DNA from: an uncultured Pseudomonadota bacterium
Lineage (GTDB): Bacteria; Pseudomonadota; Alphaproteobacteria; RF32; CAG-239
Reading direction: 5' to 3'
Length of the DNA stretch: 64,000 bases
Assembly: GCA_949290295.1 (NCBI GenBank)
Contig: CASERH010000001.1
Location: 67,969 to 131,968, forward strand
Shown here: in pieces, positions 47,205 through 56,996 of the stretch
How positions within the stretch are numbered: the first letter of the stretch is position 1
Layout: the number at the start of each line of letters is the position of its first letter
Translations under genes and position numbers: made by a program
Notes under the pieces: model-generated
What the model was told of the DNA's origin: nothing
The model's input: the letters and a program-made list of their open reading frames with translations, nothing else
Databases searched by the model: none

Positions 47205-48653
47205 TTATTCTCCGCTTAAAACACCATTTTCTTGCGGCAACAAAGAGCCATAGATGGCAATCTGGGCGGCCTGCGGATCTTTGCCGAAAATCTTGGGCGC
47301 GCTGAAGTTGTAAGAGACATCGACGGGGTCCAAATGCTGCGAAGATCCATCATCGTCAAAGCGTCTTGGTCCGGCATCAACCACCACATCGCCGTCAGAA
47401 CGAATTTCCACAATATCAAGACTGTGCTGGTTGGTTCCATCCTCAAAAAATCTAAAAGCTCCGTTAATTCCGCTGTAGCCGTCAACACTGGTGATTACCT
47501 GGTTGATGTTTTCGGGGCCTTTACGAGAGATTTCATTAGCCAAAGCAACAGCATCATAAGCAAAGGAATAAAGACTGCTGGGGCGCTCGTTGAAGATTTG
47601 GTAATACTTGCCGGCAAAATAGTTTGAATGAGCTCTTGAAATAGCCGGATACCAACTTTTTTGCATTACGCTTTCTTTGTTAAAGCGTCCGTTTTCCCAA
47701 ACAGAAGTACCAAGGAATTGGACATCCGGATAAGCTGCATCATAGTAAGCAAACATAGAGATGGCAGAAGTTAGCTTAGCTCCGCTTTCAGGAATCAAGA
47801 GCGTGTCAAACCCAAGATCTCCGATACCTTCTTTGGTTTTTAGGGTTGCAAGCTCGCGGGCTGCTTGAGCATCACCGGCATCAGCTCTCGCCTTTAAGCT
47901 TGCCTTAAGGCGCACTACCTGAGCATGTCTTTCGCCATAGTTGGTCATGTCTTTGGCAATGGCAGAAAAATCGGAATTTTGTGGTTGATAATACCCGATA
48001 ACAGTAACAACCATGCCGTTTTTCTGGGCGGATTTAACCGCGGCTTTTGCCACCGCATTTCCGGTTGAGTTGTCTGGGATAAGCAGTGCAAGGCGTTTGC
48101 GCCCCTGAGCGGCGGCATAAGAAACCACGCGGTTAACTTGTTCTTCAATCAACAAGCCCATGGTATAAACGGTTGGCTGCAAAACCTCCTGAGCGGTAGA
48201 AAAAGCAATAACAGGGATTCCCTGGTAAATTGTCTCACCGGCAATAGCTTGTACCTCAGAGCTCATCAAGGGGCCGATAATCAAATTTGAGCGTTGACGG
48301 ATGGCGTTTTCGGCAGCAATTCTGGCACCGCTCGGTGTGCTTTGGGTATCATAATATTGCAAGATAAGGTTGGGGTTATTGATATCTTCCAAAGCAATCA
48401 TGGAAGCATTTTTAAGCCCTTGCCCATGTGTGGCGGCTTTCCCGCTCAAAGGCAGCAACACACCGACCCTAAAACTTGCGGCGTCAGTGATGTTTATCTC
48501 AGAAATATCAGTATTAAAATCATCGATTCCGCCGCGCTCCAAGACCGGGGCTTTAGGAGAGGTAGAGCAGGCAACCAGACCTAAGCAGAGCAGAATTAAA
48601 TTAAGTTTTTTTAGCACTTGCAATTTATCCCAAAATATAAAACAATCTTTCAT
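47205..48653 (-). CDS. LpoA-like/periplasmic-binding-protein-fold lipoprotein (Leu/Ile/Val-binding family)
   Basis: Lipobox LVAC and a type I PBP fold. Divergent from rsmI with yraN nearby, as in the E. coli yraL-yraM(lpoA)-yraN locus. Confidence 0.5.
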   Translation of the reverse strand: MKDCFIFWDKLQVLKKLNLILLCLGLVACSTSPKAPVLERGGIDDFNTDISEINITDAASFRVGVLLPLSGKAATHGQGLKNASMIALEDINNPNLILQYYDTQSTPSGARIAAENAIRQRSNLIIGPLMSSEVQAIAGETIYQGIPVIAFSTAQEVLQPTVYTMGLLIEEQVNRVVSYAAAQGRKRLALLIPDNSTGNAVAKAAVKSAQKNGMVVTVIGYYQPQNSDFSAIAKDMTNYGERHAQVVRLKASLKARADAGDAQAARELATLKTKEGIGDLGFDTLLIPESGAKLTSAISMFAYYDAAYPDVQFLGTSVWENGRFNKESVMQKSWYPAISRAHSNYFAGKYYQIFNERPSSLYSFAYDAVALANEISRKGPENINQVITSVDGYSGINGAFRFFEDGTNQHSLDIVEIRSDGDVVVDAGPRRFDDDGSSQHLDPVDVSYNFSAPKIFGKDPQAAQIAIYGSLLPQENGVLSGE

Positions 48654-48694
48654 AAGTTGTAACGGATATTTTACTTAATGTAAAGAGAGGTCTT

Positions 48695-49531
48695 TTGAAA
48701 AACGGCATATACATTGTTGCCACACCCATAGGCAATCTCAAAGATATTTCCGAGCGCGCCAAGGAGGTGTTGAGTGCGGCAGATATCATTGCCTGTGAAG
48801 ATACAAGAGTGGCAAGAAAATTGTTTTCACTTTTAGGGTTACCGGCTCACAAAGAGTTTATCCGACTAGAGGATCACAATGAGGCCGAGCAAACAGAGAT
48901 GTTGGTATCAGAGGCGCAAAAAGGCAAAATCATTGCTCAAATCAGCGATGCCGGCAGTCCGCTGATTTCAGATCCCGGCTACAAACTTATCCACCGTTGC
49001 CGAGAGGTGGGGGTAGATGTTTTCGCGATTCCCGGAGCTTGCGCGCTAATCTGTGCTTTGCAATTATCCGGACTGCCCACTAATAGTTTTATGTTTGCCG
49101 GTTTTATTCCCAACAAAGAAAAAGCCCGCAAAGATTTGTTTAATAAGCTGAACGACATAGACACCACGCTTATTTTTTACGAAACCGCCAACCGCATAGT
49201 CAAAACTTTGGAGGTGGCCGCAGAGGTTTTTGGTGACAGAGAATTAGCGGTGGCAAGAGAGATTACCAAGGTCTATGAGGAATGTGTTAACGGTACAGCT
49301 CGAGAGTTGCTTGCTCACTTTGCAGCCAAAGAGCCTAAAGGAGAAATGGTGCTGATGGTTTCTCCGCCGCCGGAAGATATAAAAACAGCAGGTTTGGATA
49401 TTGAAGAGTTGCTGAAAGAACAAATGAAAAAAGAAACCCTGAAAACCGCGGTAAAGAACATTGTCGAGGCCTATGGGTTAAATAAGAATGAAGTTTACAA
49501 CCTTGCGCTGAAATTAAAAAACAATGAATAA
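48695..49531 (+). CDS. rsmI: 16S rRNA (cytidine1402-2'-O)-methyltransferase RsmI
   Basis: Tetrapyrrole-methylase fold, LYIVATPIGNLKDIS. Confidence 0.8.
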   Translation: MKNGIYIVATPIGNLKDISERAKEVLSAADIIACEDTRVARKLFSLLGLPAHKEFIRLEDHNEAEQTEMLVSEAQKGKIIAQISDAGSPLISDPGYKLIHRCREVGVDVFAIPGACALICALQLSGLPTNSFMFAGFIPNKEKARKDLFNKLNDIDTTLIFYETANRIVKTLEVAAEVFGDRELAVAREITKVYEECVNGTARELLAHFAAKEPKGEMVLMVSPPPEDIKTAGLDIEELLKEQMKKETLKTAVKNIVEAYGLNKNEVYNLALKLKNNE

Positions 49532-49874
49532 CTACTATTTCGGACATTTTGCGGAAGACGTTGCTTTATGGTACTTGCGCCTAAAAGGTTATCGTAAGGT
49601 TGCCAAGAACTACGTTACCGGCCGCGGCACCGGCGCCGGAGAGGTGGATTTGATTGTAAAAAGGGGTAAAACCCTTGTCTTTGTAGAGGTCAAAAAAAGA
49701 ACCTCAATAGAAAATGCCGCCTATGCTATTGAAGCGCGCCAACAAAAGCGGATTCGCCAGGCCGCAAAAGCTTTTTTGGCGGCTAATGAAAAATACAGAG
49801 GATATGATATCCGCTTTGATGCGGTTTTAGTCACATGGCCTTTTTCTGTTTGCCATCTTGAAAACGCGTTTTAG
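49524..49874 (+). CDS. yraN: UPF0102/YraN family endonuclease-like protein
   Basis: GE.DLI....LVFVEVK.R motif. Confidence 0.75.
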   Translation: MNNYYFGHFAEDVALWYLRLKGYRKVAKNYVTGRGTGAGEVDLIVKRGKTLVFVEVKKRTSIENAAYAIEARQQKRIRQAAKAFLAANEKYRGYDIRFDAVLVTWPFSVCHLENAF

Positions 49875-49877
49875 TTT

Positions 49878-50939
49878 TTAAGATTTTTTTGATTTAAGCT
49901 GTCCGCAGGCGGCCAAAATATCTTGCCCTCTGGCCACGCGGATAGGAGCTTCATAGCCGGCATCTTCAAGGATTTTAGAAAAAGCCTTAACCTTGTTTCC
50001 GGAGCTTGGTTGAAAGTCACAACCCGGCCATGGATTAAAGGGAATGAGATTAAATTTGGCGCCGAGCTTAAATTTTTTCATGAGCGCGATTAAGGCTCTG
50101 GCATCTTCAGGTGAGTCATTAAAATCTTTAAGCATCAGGTATTCAAACGTCACATAGCGCCCGGGGCTCATGAGGCGTTGATACTCGACACAGCCGGCCA
50201 AAACCTCTTCAATCGGGTAGCGGTCGTTAATCGGCATAATCTGTGAGCGTTTCTCGTTGTTTGGCGCATGGAGGCTGATAGCTAATTTGCAGCCAAGTTC
50301 GGTCGCCACCAACGGAATTTTGGGAGCAATTCCGGAGGTTGAAAGAGTAATTTTGCGCTTAGATATAGCGATTCCATCTCCGTCAGAAAGGATTTTTAAG
50401 GCCTTAAAAACATTTTCAGGATTGTGCAAAGGCTCACCCATTCCCATCACGACGATATTAGAAAGATAGCGAGTTTCATTAACCGGAGAAGGCCACTCAC
50501 CGTAAGCATCACGGGCGACCATAAATTGGGAGACAATTTCCCCGGCGGTTAGGTTTCGGGTAATTTTTTGGCTCCCGGTATGGCAAAATTTGCACCCAAC
50601 AGCGCAGCCAACTTGAGTGGATATACAAACGGCACCGCGGTCATCTTCGGGAATATAAACAGTCTCGATTCTCTGCCCGTCGGCAAATTCCAACAGCCAT
50701 TTGTGGGTTTTATCTTTAGAAATTTGTTCGGTAACGATTTTAGGACGAGAAATGGAAAAGCAAGAGGCAAGCTTTTGGCGCAAATCCTTGGAAAGATTGG
50801 TCATCTTTTCAAAGTCGGTTTCGCCGCGAAAATAAATCCATTGCCAAAGTTGCTTAGCGCGGAAAGGTTTTTCTCCGATTTTGGCAATTTGCTCGGCCAA
50901 TTCTTCTTTAGAGAGGCCGACAAGCTCAATTTTTTCCAT
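49878..50939 (-). CDS. rlmN: Dual-specificity RNA methyltransferase RlmN (radical SAM)
   Basis: CAVGCKFCHTG (CxxxCxxC) and the C-terminal Cys. Confidence 0.85.
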   Translation of the reverse strand: MEKIELVGLSKEELAEQIAKIGEKPFRAKQLWQWIYFRGETDFEKMTNLSKDLRQKLASCFSISRPKIVTEQISKDKTHKWLLEFADGQRIETVYIPEDDRGAVCISTQVGCAVGCKFCHTGSQKITRNLTAGEIVSQFMVARDAYGEWPSPVNETRYLSNIVVMGMGEPLHNPENVFKALKILSDGDGIAISKRKITLSTSGIAPKIPLVATELGCKLAISLHAPNNEKRSQIMPINDRYPIEEVLAGCVEYQRLMSPGRYVTFEYLMLKDFNDSPEDARALIALMKKFKLGAKFNLIPFNPWPGCDFQPSSGNKVKAFSKILEDAGYEAPIRVARGQDILAACGQLKSKKS

Positions 50940-50941
50940 GT

Positions 50942-51454
50942 CTACTTAACCTTGCACTTATTGGAGATTGCTCTGTAGGCGCTGGAGAAACCGGAAAGAG
51001 AGTATGTGTCTTTTGTTTTTGTCCCTCTGGAAGATGTTCCATGTACAACCATACGGCTGCCTCTCTTCATGGCGGCCACAATCTCTTTGTCTGTTTTTTC
51101 GCTGGTGGCCCAAGCTTTATCTCCGCTGGTGAAAAGGTTTTCAAATGTTTTTGCGCCGATTTTCACGGTAACTTTTGTGCCGCTTTTGTAGGTATATCCG
51201 GCATTAAAGTTAACCACGTCAAAGCTTTTCTCGTTGGGGCGGTGGGTAACCACGGCATAGATATCGCCGCGTTTGGTGTATTTACCCTCATCTTTTTTGG
51301 GTGTTGAGGCCATATAGCAAACGGGTCCGGCACTATCACGGTAGTAATAAGCGACCCAATCACCATACTCTCCCAAGACTTGCGGAGCTGCAGCCAGAGC
51401 AGAAGAAATATTAAAAACAAGAGCTAATGCAATAAAAAATAAAAACTTTTTCAT
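50942..51454 (-). CDS. ialB: Invasion-associated locus B (IalB) family periplasmic protein
   Basis: Signal peptide and the W.......G...CY / GYTYKSG....I pattern of the IalB family. Confidence 0.65.
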   Translation of the reverse strand: MKKFLFFIALALVFNISSALAAAPQVLGEYGDWVAYYYRDSAGPVCYMASTPKKDEGKYTKRGDIYAVVTHRPNEKSFDVVNFNAGYTYKSGTKVTVKIGAKTFENLFTSGDKAWATSEKTDKEIVAAMKRGSRMVVHGTSSRGTKTKDTYSLSGFSSAYRAISNKCKVK

Positions 51455-51549
51455 CCTAAACTACCCACAATTTTCGTTAAAATTAACATAATAATAATTG
51501 AAAAATATATAAAAACTGTTAATTTCAAGAAAAATTTTAGGAAAGATGC

Positions 51550-52776
51550 ATGATACGCGATAATTACCTTGATATAAATAAACTTGTAAAAAACAAAAAA
51601 ATCTTCCGGTTGTTTAAGGTTGTTGAAAAACACGGAGGCGTTGTCCGCTTTGTTGGCGGCGCCGTGCGCGATGCCCTAAAGGGGATAGAAGGCTCAGACT
51701 TGGATTTTGCCACCAACCTTTCGCCTGATGAGTTGGTAGAGGCCTGCACAGAAGAAGGACTAAAGACCGTTGCCATCGGAATAAAATACGGAACCGTCGG
51801 AGTAATGATAGACGATTCTCTGGTAGAGGTGACCTCTCTGCGCAAGGATATAAAAACAGATGGTCGTCATGCAGAAGTTGAGTTTACGGATAATTGGGAG
51901 GAAGATGCCTCTCGCCGTGACTTGACCATAAACGCCGTTTACGCCGATGAGAAAGGTAATGTTTTTGACTACTACAACGGCATAGACGATTTGGAAAAAG
52001 GGGTGGTTCGTTTTATTGGCTCAGCCACTCAAAGAGTAAAAGAAGACTATTTACGTATTTTGCGTTTTTTCCGATTCTATTCAATGTTTGGTGTTGGTGA
52101 GCCCGACAGGAAGGCGGTTGAGGCCTGCGCGGAAAACGCCGAAAACTTAAAAAATCTGCCTATGGAGCGGATAAAAGATGAGATGTTGAAAATCTTGCTG
52201 ACCAAGAATGCGGTAAAAACCATAGAGACAATGCAAGAAAACAACATCATGAGTTATATCATGCCGCAGGCCAAATACCTAGACAGTCTTGATTTTATAA
52301 AAAAACTGGTAAACGGAAGAGTGTTAGCCAACAAGGCTTTGCTTTACTTGTTCACGATGTATCAACCCGATGTTCCGTTTGCGGAGAATTTGGCACAGAG
52401 GCTGAAGTTTAGTAAGAAAGAACGCCAAAAATTTGTAAGCTGGGCACAAGAAGGTGTTACTCTAAATCAGCTTTTGGATGATAAAAGCAGACTGCATTTG
52501 GCCTATGAATATGGCAAAGAGTTTTGCTTGGAGAAACTGCTTTTAATCACGGCGCGCAACAAAGAACCTCTGCCCAATTTTTGGGGGCTGTATGACGCAA
52601 TAGAGCATATGGAGGTTCCCACATTTCCTCTGCGAGGCCAAGATTTGGTGGATAGGGGCGTAGAAACAGCTCAAATCGGTAGAATTCTCAAAGAAAGAGA
52701 GCAAGCCTGGATAAACAGCGGCTTCAGATTAAGCAAAGAAGAGCTTCTGGAACCAAAATACAATAAGGTTTCTTAA
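51550..52776 (+). CDS. cca: CCA-adding tRNA nucleotidyltransferase/poly(A) polymerase family protein
   Basis: GGAVRD...G....DLDFAT (Pol-beta NT motif) and RDLTINA. Confidence 0.75.
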   Translation: MIRDNYLDINKLVKNKKIFRLFKVVEKHGGVVRFVGGAVRDALKGIEGSDLDFATNLSPDELVEACTEEGLKTVAIGIKYGTVGVMIDDSLVEVTSLRKDIKTDGRHAEVEFTDNWEEDASRRDLTINAVYADEKGNVFDYYNGIDDLEKGVVRFIGSATQRVKEDYLRILRFFRFYSMFGVGEPDRKAVEACAENAENLKNLPMERIKDEMLKILLTKNAVKTIETMQENNIMSYIMPQAKYLDSLDFIKKLVNGRVLANKALLYLFTMYQPDVPFAENLAQRLKFSKKERQKFVSWAQEGVTLNQLLDDKSRLHLAYEYGKEFCLEKLLLITARNKEPLPNFWGLYDAIEHMEVPTFPLRGQDLVDRGVETAQIGRILKEREQAWINSGFRLSKEELLEPKYNKVS

Positions 52777-52825
52777 AAAAGAAAAGCCGCTCATTAATGA
52801 GCGGCTTTTAATTGTGCAAAACAGA

Positions 52826-53600
52826 CTAGAAAATGTACTTCTTGCAAATTTCATAGTCTTCCGGAGTATTAATATCAGCCGGAGCATTTTTGTTAAGACG
52901 GATGTCGCCAACCAATTTAGCTCTGATTTCCATACCATTTTCAAGGGCACGGAGTTGCTCCAAGGATTCGCGCTGTTCCAACACACTAGGCGGCAAAGCA
53001 ACCATTTTATGCAAAGACGCGGCCTTAAAGACATAAATCCCGATATGGTGGTAAAGATCTTGGTTTTTGCATTTTTCCGGGTTGCGGGGTGAAGGGAGCC
53101 GTTGCTCTGGTAAAGTAAAGACAACGAGCCTCATCCTCACCGGGCTTTAGGCCCATGATGATTTTAACTACGGCAGGATTTGTTTTATCTTCTTCGCTTT
53201 TAATAACCATACCGCAGGTGGCAATATCACAGCCCGTGCGCTCAACCATTTCGATTAAGGGCAGGTTGACTTTAGGGTCGACATTGAGGTTGTCGCCCTG
53301 AAAATCGACCACAATATCATATTTGCTGCCATCGGGATCAAGAACTTTAAGTGCGGCGGCGATTCTGTCGGTGCCGGAAGGCAAGTTGGGGTCTGTCAAA
53401 ACGGCTGTTACACCGATTTTTTGGCATTCATCAACAATAGCCTGGTCGCCGGCGGCAACAGCAATGTCTGTATCAATGGCAGCCTTAACGTTTTCACAAA
53501 CGCGTTGAATAATAGATTTTCCGTTTACATCCAAGAGAGGTTTGTTAGGCAAACGAGTGGCAGCCATACGCACCGGCATCAAAGTAATTACTCTGCTCAT
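52826..53600 (-). pseudogene. kdsB: 3-deoxy-manno-octulosonate cytidylyltransferase KdsB, split by a 1-nt frameshift
   Basis: N-terminal 191-aa ORF (53025-53600: ITLMPVRMAATRLPNKPL...ALYFTRATAPF) and C-terminal 104-aa ORF (52826-53140: HHIGIYVFKAASL...SVLEQRESLEQLRALENG). Both align collinearly to KdsB in different frames, overlapping at about 53085-53105 near C4/A5 homopolymers. Confidence 0.7.
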
Positions 53601-53613
53601 GTTTTTCTGTCCT

Positions 53614-54050
53614 TTATTGGTTAAATTCAGGGTTAGTTTTGGTTTGTAAAAAAGCGTTTTTGATTTTTAAGATGATATCCTCTTTCAGCTGAGGAGAATA
53701 GGGTTTAGAGGCGTTGTTCCAAACAGTTCCTGGCCAGTCTGGGTCGCCTTTTTTGCGGCACAAAACATGAACATGGAGCTGCGGCGTCATATTGCCGATC
53801 ATAGCCACATTGGTTTGATCAGGAGAAAAGAGATTATTCATAACTTTTTCCGCCAAAGCAATTTCTCTCATCAATTGCAAGCGCTCATCCATAGTAAGAT
53901 TCAGCATGTTTTTAACATTTGCTTTGCGGGGAACAAGGAATATCCAAGGATAGTATTGATTATCTTCAAACAAGACCGAGCAAAGCTTGAGGTCAAGGAT
54001 AAAATCCTTTTGCGCTAAGGCCGGAACCAATTTAAATTCTTCACTCATCA
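53614..54050 (-). CDS. HIT-family (histidine triad) nucleotide hydrolase
   Basis: PQLHVHVLCR is the HxHxHxx triad. The start at MSEEFKL is chosen because the longer ORF-track N-terminus is not supported. Confidence 0.65.
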
Positions 54051-54052
54051 AA

Positions 54053-54739
54053 TTATCCTTGTGTTGTATTTTCAAGCAGCCAATCTTTGACCTGCGGAAC
54101 AGTTTTAACTTCCGGAATCCAAGAAAGTTCCGGCGGCAAATCAGTGGTAAAAGGGCAGCGCATCCGCAAAGGGTGAGCCCCGACATTGATAGCTGCATAT
54201 TGGTTGTAAATACGGTCATCCACGAGCAGAGTTTCTTCTGCCGCAAGACCGTATTTTTCAAAACATTTTTTGAGCATGTCCTCTTTAGCGGTATCATGCA
54301 TAAATTTTCCGTGCTGCACACATTCAATGGTCAGAAAATCGGTTACTTCGGCAAGCAGGGTGTTCAAGAGTTTCTTCTTTGTTTCCACATCAAAAGTGGC
54401 AGACATAGTAAACTGGCGATATCCAAGTTGGTTGAGTTCTTTTAAGGTGTCAACCACGCCATCATACAGCGGCCGATTGCTAAAAAAGCTAAAATCTGCA
54501 CAAAAATCTTTATCCATCTGCACACCAAGAGCAGGATGCGTTTTGAGCTCTAAAGCTCCATATTTAGGGTCGATAGGCAAAACTTTAGGAAGGTCCTCCC
54601 ATTTGAGGTCTTTGTAAGATTCCGCATATTTAGGGTGTTTGGTCAGAAAGTTAAAATAGGCAAAATTGAGATTAGCCAAAACGCCGTCCACATCCCAAAA
54701 AATATTTTTTATTATCAGTTTAGTCATCAAAATCTCCAA
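54053..54739 (-). CDS. HAD-superfamily hydrolase (nucleotidase-like)
   Basis: Motif I IFWDVDGVLAN. The C-terminal half carries motifs III/IV (LLVDD). Confidence 0.5.
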   Translation of the reverse strand: MEILMTKLIIKNIFWDVDGVLANLNFAYFNFLTKHPKYAESYKDLKWEDLPKVLPIDPKYGALELKTHPALGVQMDKDFCADFSFFSNRPLYDGVVDTLKELNQLGYRQFTMSATFDVETKKKLLNTLLAEVTDFLTIECVQHGKFMHDTAKEDMLKKCFEKYGLAAEETLLVDDRIYNQYAAINVGAHPLRMRCPFTTDLPPELSWIPEVKTVPQVKDWLLENTTQG

Positions 54740-54845
54740 GTGCTCTCAGGGTGTCACAAAAACAAATTAATGTCAATCACGGAAGATGAGAGTAGAGCAA
54801 TAAAAAATCCGCCTACAAGAGGCGGATTTTTTGAAAATAGGGTGA

Positions 54846-55778
54846 CTATTTAAAGGTCCAACCAAGCTCGCAACCTTGTTCGGCACATTCTTGGCAGTTG
54901 CGTGCCCGCTTAAAGTTATAAACAATTTCAAGCAAATTGTTTCCCCAATCTTGTTCAGACAGAGTTTCACAAGCATCTTGTGGAACATCAGAATAAACGA
55001 TAAGGAAGAACTTTCCTGCACCAAACAGAGAAATGTTTCCGCCAAATGGGTTAACCAAATATTCTTCACCAATCATATCATCAGGAATAAAGCCTGCTTC
55101 AACGGCAAGAGCTGGAGAAAGAGCATCATAAGAAGGTTGATTGGCAAAAAGAACGCGGATATTTGCCTGCAACATAGCAATTTGATCAATAGTTTGGTTA
55201 ATTTTGTACTTTCCGGTAGCCTTTGAGTATCCGGCAATAATGGCAACACTCAGGATAAGGGCAAAAATAATACCAAAATAAGCAACAATAAACCATTTAC
55301 TTTTCTTAACATAAACCTCTTCTTCATTCACAGGTTCTCCATATTTGGTGTTATCGGAGCTTTTTTTGCAAGTCAAATAAAGGAGATAAAGAGAGTACAA
55401 AAAGGTCGCCAAAGCCATAAGAACATACAAAACAGTAAAGGCAATGATCTCATCTCCAGCATAAGTGTTGATGGCACCGCAAACAGCAGTAAGAATGAAG
55501 AGGAGAATGGAGAGCCAAAACCACCAAAAGCTCTTGCCAACATCGTGCAGTCTACGGGAAGTGAAAGCCAGAGATGGAAAAAGGGTGGCCAAAGTATAAA
55601 GTCCGCTTAAAACCGAAGCAGGATTCCACAGTGCGGCAAAGATAGACAATACAGCAGCGATAGTAAAATCAATCAGTCTAAACCCCCAAAAATCATAACG
55701 GGTAGCGCGTCCAGAAAATTTGAAATAATTTGTAAAGGCGCTAACATAAGCGTCAAAAATATTTTTAGATTTTTCCAT
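54846..55778 (-). CDS. DUF805-domain inner membrane protein with a Cys-containing C-terminal domain
   Basis: FKFSGRATRYDFWGF is the DUF805/YhaH signature. Four TM helices and a C-terminal soluble domain with five Cys. Confidence 0.5.
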   Translation of the reverse strand: MEKSKNIFDAYVSAFTNYFKFSGRATRYDFWGFRLIDFTIAAVLSIFAALWNPASVLSGLYTLATLFPSLAFTSRRLHDVGKSFWWFWLSILLFILTAVCGAINTYAGDEIIAFTVLYVLMALATFLYSLYLLYLTCKKSSDNTKYGEPVNEEEVYVKKSKWFIVAYFGIIFALILSVAIIAGYSKATGKYKINQTIDQIAMLQANIRVLFANQPSYDALSPALAVEAGFIPDDMIGEEYLVNPFGGNISLFGAGKFFLIVYSDVPQDACETLSEQDWGNNLLEIVYNFKRARNCQECAEQGCELGWTFK

Positions 55779-55861
55779 GAGATAATCCCTCGTAAAAGTT
55801 GATAAGATAGGGGTAAGATAGAATAAAAGATTACTAAAGTAAAGAGAATAAAATAAAAAAC

Positions 55862-55892
55862 CGCGTCCAAAAATCAGACTGCGGTTTTTTGT
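55862..55892. terminator. Hairpin terminator downstream of the tRNA-Ala genes
   Basis: AACCGC-N16-GCGGTT with T-runs on both strands. Confidence 0.45.
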
Positions 55893-55968
55893 TGGTGGAG
55901 GTAAGGAGGATCGAACTCCTGACCTAATGATTGCGAACCATTCGCTCTCCCAACTGAGCTATACCCCC
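55893..55968 (-). tRNA. tRNA-Ala (anticodon CGC), CCA encoded
   Basis: Cloverleaf GGGGGUA...UACCUCC with G3:U70. Anticodon loop is UUCGCAA, T-arm GGTTCGATCC. Confidence 0.85.
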
Positions 55969-56008
55969 GTTAGAAACAAAGCCCACTTTTTTAGTGGGCT
56001 TTTGGAAT

Positions 56009-56084
<76 letters not shown>

Positions 56085-56252
56085 ATGTTGCAACAAAATA
56101 ATAGGTCGAGCGCTCATTCAAGCGCCTTGGGTGCCTATCCTCGCTGCGGTTGCTGTCGCTTCCCTGGCTTGGCAAGGCAGCCAAGATGTTGCAGACGAAA
56201 AGCACCCGTTGGGGTTCTTTTCGCTTAGCCATCCCAGCTGAGCTATAACCCC
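56085..56252 (-). pseudogene. 5' fragment of tRNA-Ala (21 nt) followed by about 145 nt of structured non-tRNA sequence
   Basis: GGGGTTATAGCTCAGCTGGGA (minus strand, 56252 to 56232) is identical to the 5' end of the adjacent tRNA-Ala(GGC). There is no T-arm or 3' acceptor afterwards. Several local hairpins follow (GCGAAAAG...CTTTTCGT; CTTGGC-tgcctt-GCCAAG). Confidence 0.5.
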
Positions 56253-56374
56253 AAGGTCAAGGCGACTATATGAAAACAAAAATAAAATGTCAATCTTTTT
56301 TTAGATTAAATATTGCGTGTTGTAAAAAAATGTGGTAACAAGCCAACATCTAGACCTATAAAAAATAAATTATT

Positions 56375-56962
56375 ATGAAAAACATGAAAATTATCATCGC
56401 CATATGTGGCAAGCCCGGGAGCGGTAAAAGTGTTTTGTTGGAAGCTATTTTGTTGGAGCTGCTTAAATGGTTCGGCATTATGGAAAAAGACATTAATGTC
56501 GTCTTGGTTGGAGAGCTTCTTAAAAGAGAGGTTGAGAACCAAACCCCGCTCGGAGTAAAGATTAAGGAACAGTTTGAAAAAGATGAGTTGGTTCCTCAGG
56601 AATTGATAGACCCCTTCATTCATGACTACCTGAAAAGACACCCGGCAGAAATCACCATCATTGATGGCTATCCGCGGAGTGTCGGTAGCGTTCTCTATAT
56701 GCAAGAGAAGATGTCTGAGGAATATTCTCTGGCCTTCATTAAGTCTTCGGTGCCCGATGATGTGGCCGCCGCCAGGCTGAAAGCCCGAAAAGAGAACAAA
56801 ATCTACGAGAGGCTGCAGGAATATCACGAGGTTGTGTCTCCTGCATGGAATGAGATTGTTTCCATGGCGCCCAACAACAGCTATGTTGTCAATGGCCCGG
56901 ATGACTTTGACCGCGTAATCCGCCGGATTTTGCGCCACATTCTGGTGAACGCAATGCAATAA
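56375..56962 (+). CDS. Adenylate-kinase-family nucleoside monophosphate kinase paralog
   Basis: P-loop IAICGKPGSGKS and IIDGYPRSVGSV (compare Adk LLDGFPRT). The LID is short. Confidence 0.5.
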   Translation: MKNMKIIIAICGKPGSGKSVLLEAILLELLKWFGIMEKDINVVLVGELLKREVENQTPLGVKIKEQFEKDELVPQELIDPFIHDYLKRHPAEITIIDGYPRSVGSVLYMQEKMSEEYSLAFIKSSVPDDVAAARLKARKENKIYERLQEYHEVVSPAWNEIVSMAPNNSYVVNGPDDFDRVIRRILRHILVNAMQ

Positions 56963-56967
56963 ACAAG

Positions 56968-56996
56968 AAGCCGCCCCACGGGGCGGTTTTTTGTTT
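56968..56996. terminator. Rho-independent terminator
   Basis: GCCGCCCC-acg-GGGCGG followed by TTTTTTGTTTT. Confidence 0.7.

Noticed and set aside
56085-56252. Group I intron inside a third tRNA-Ala.
   Set aside because: Divergence from the tRNA begins in the D-loop rather than the anticodon loop. The insert is only about 145 nt and no 3' exon (T-arm or acceptor) follows.
56306-56959. 217-aa minus-strand ORF.
   Set aside because: It is antisense to the well-supported adenylate-kinase-like gene (P-loop and NMP-binding motifs on the plus strand) and has no motifs itself.
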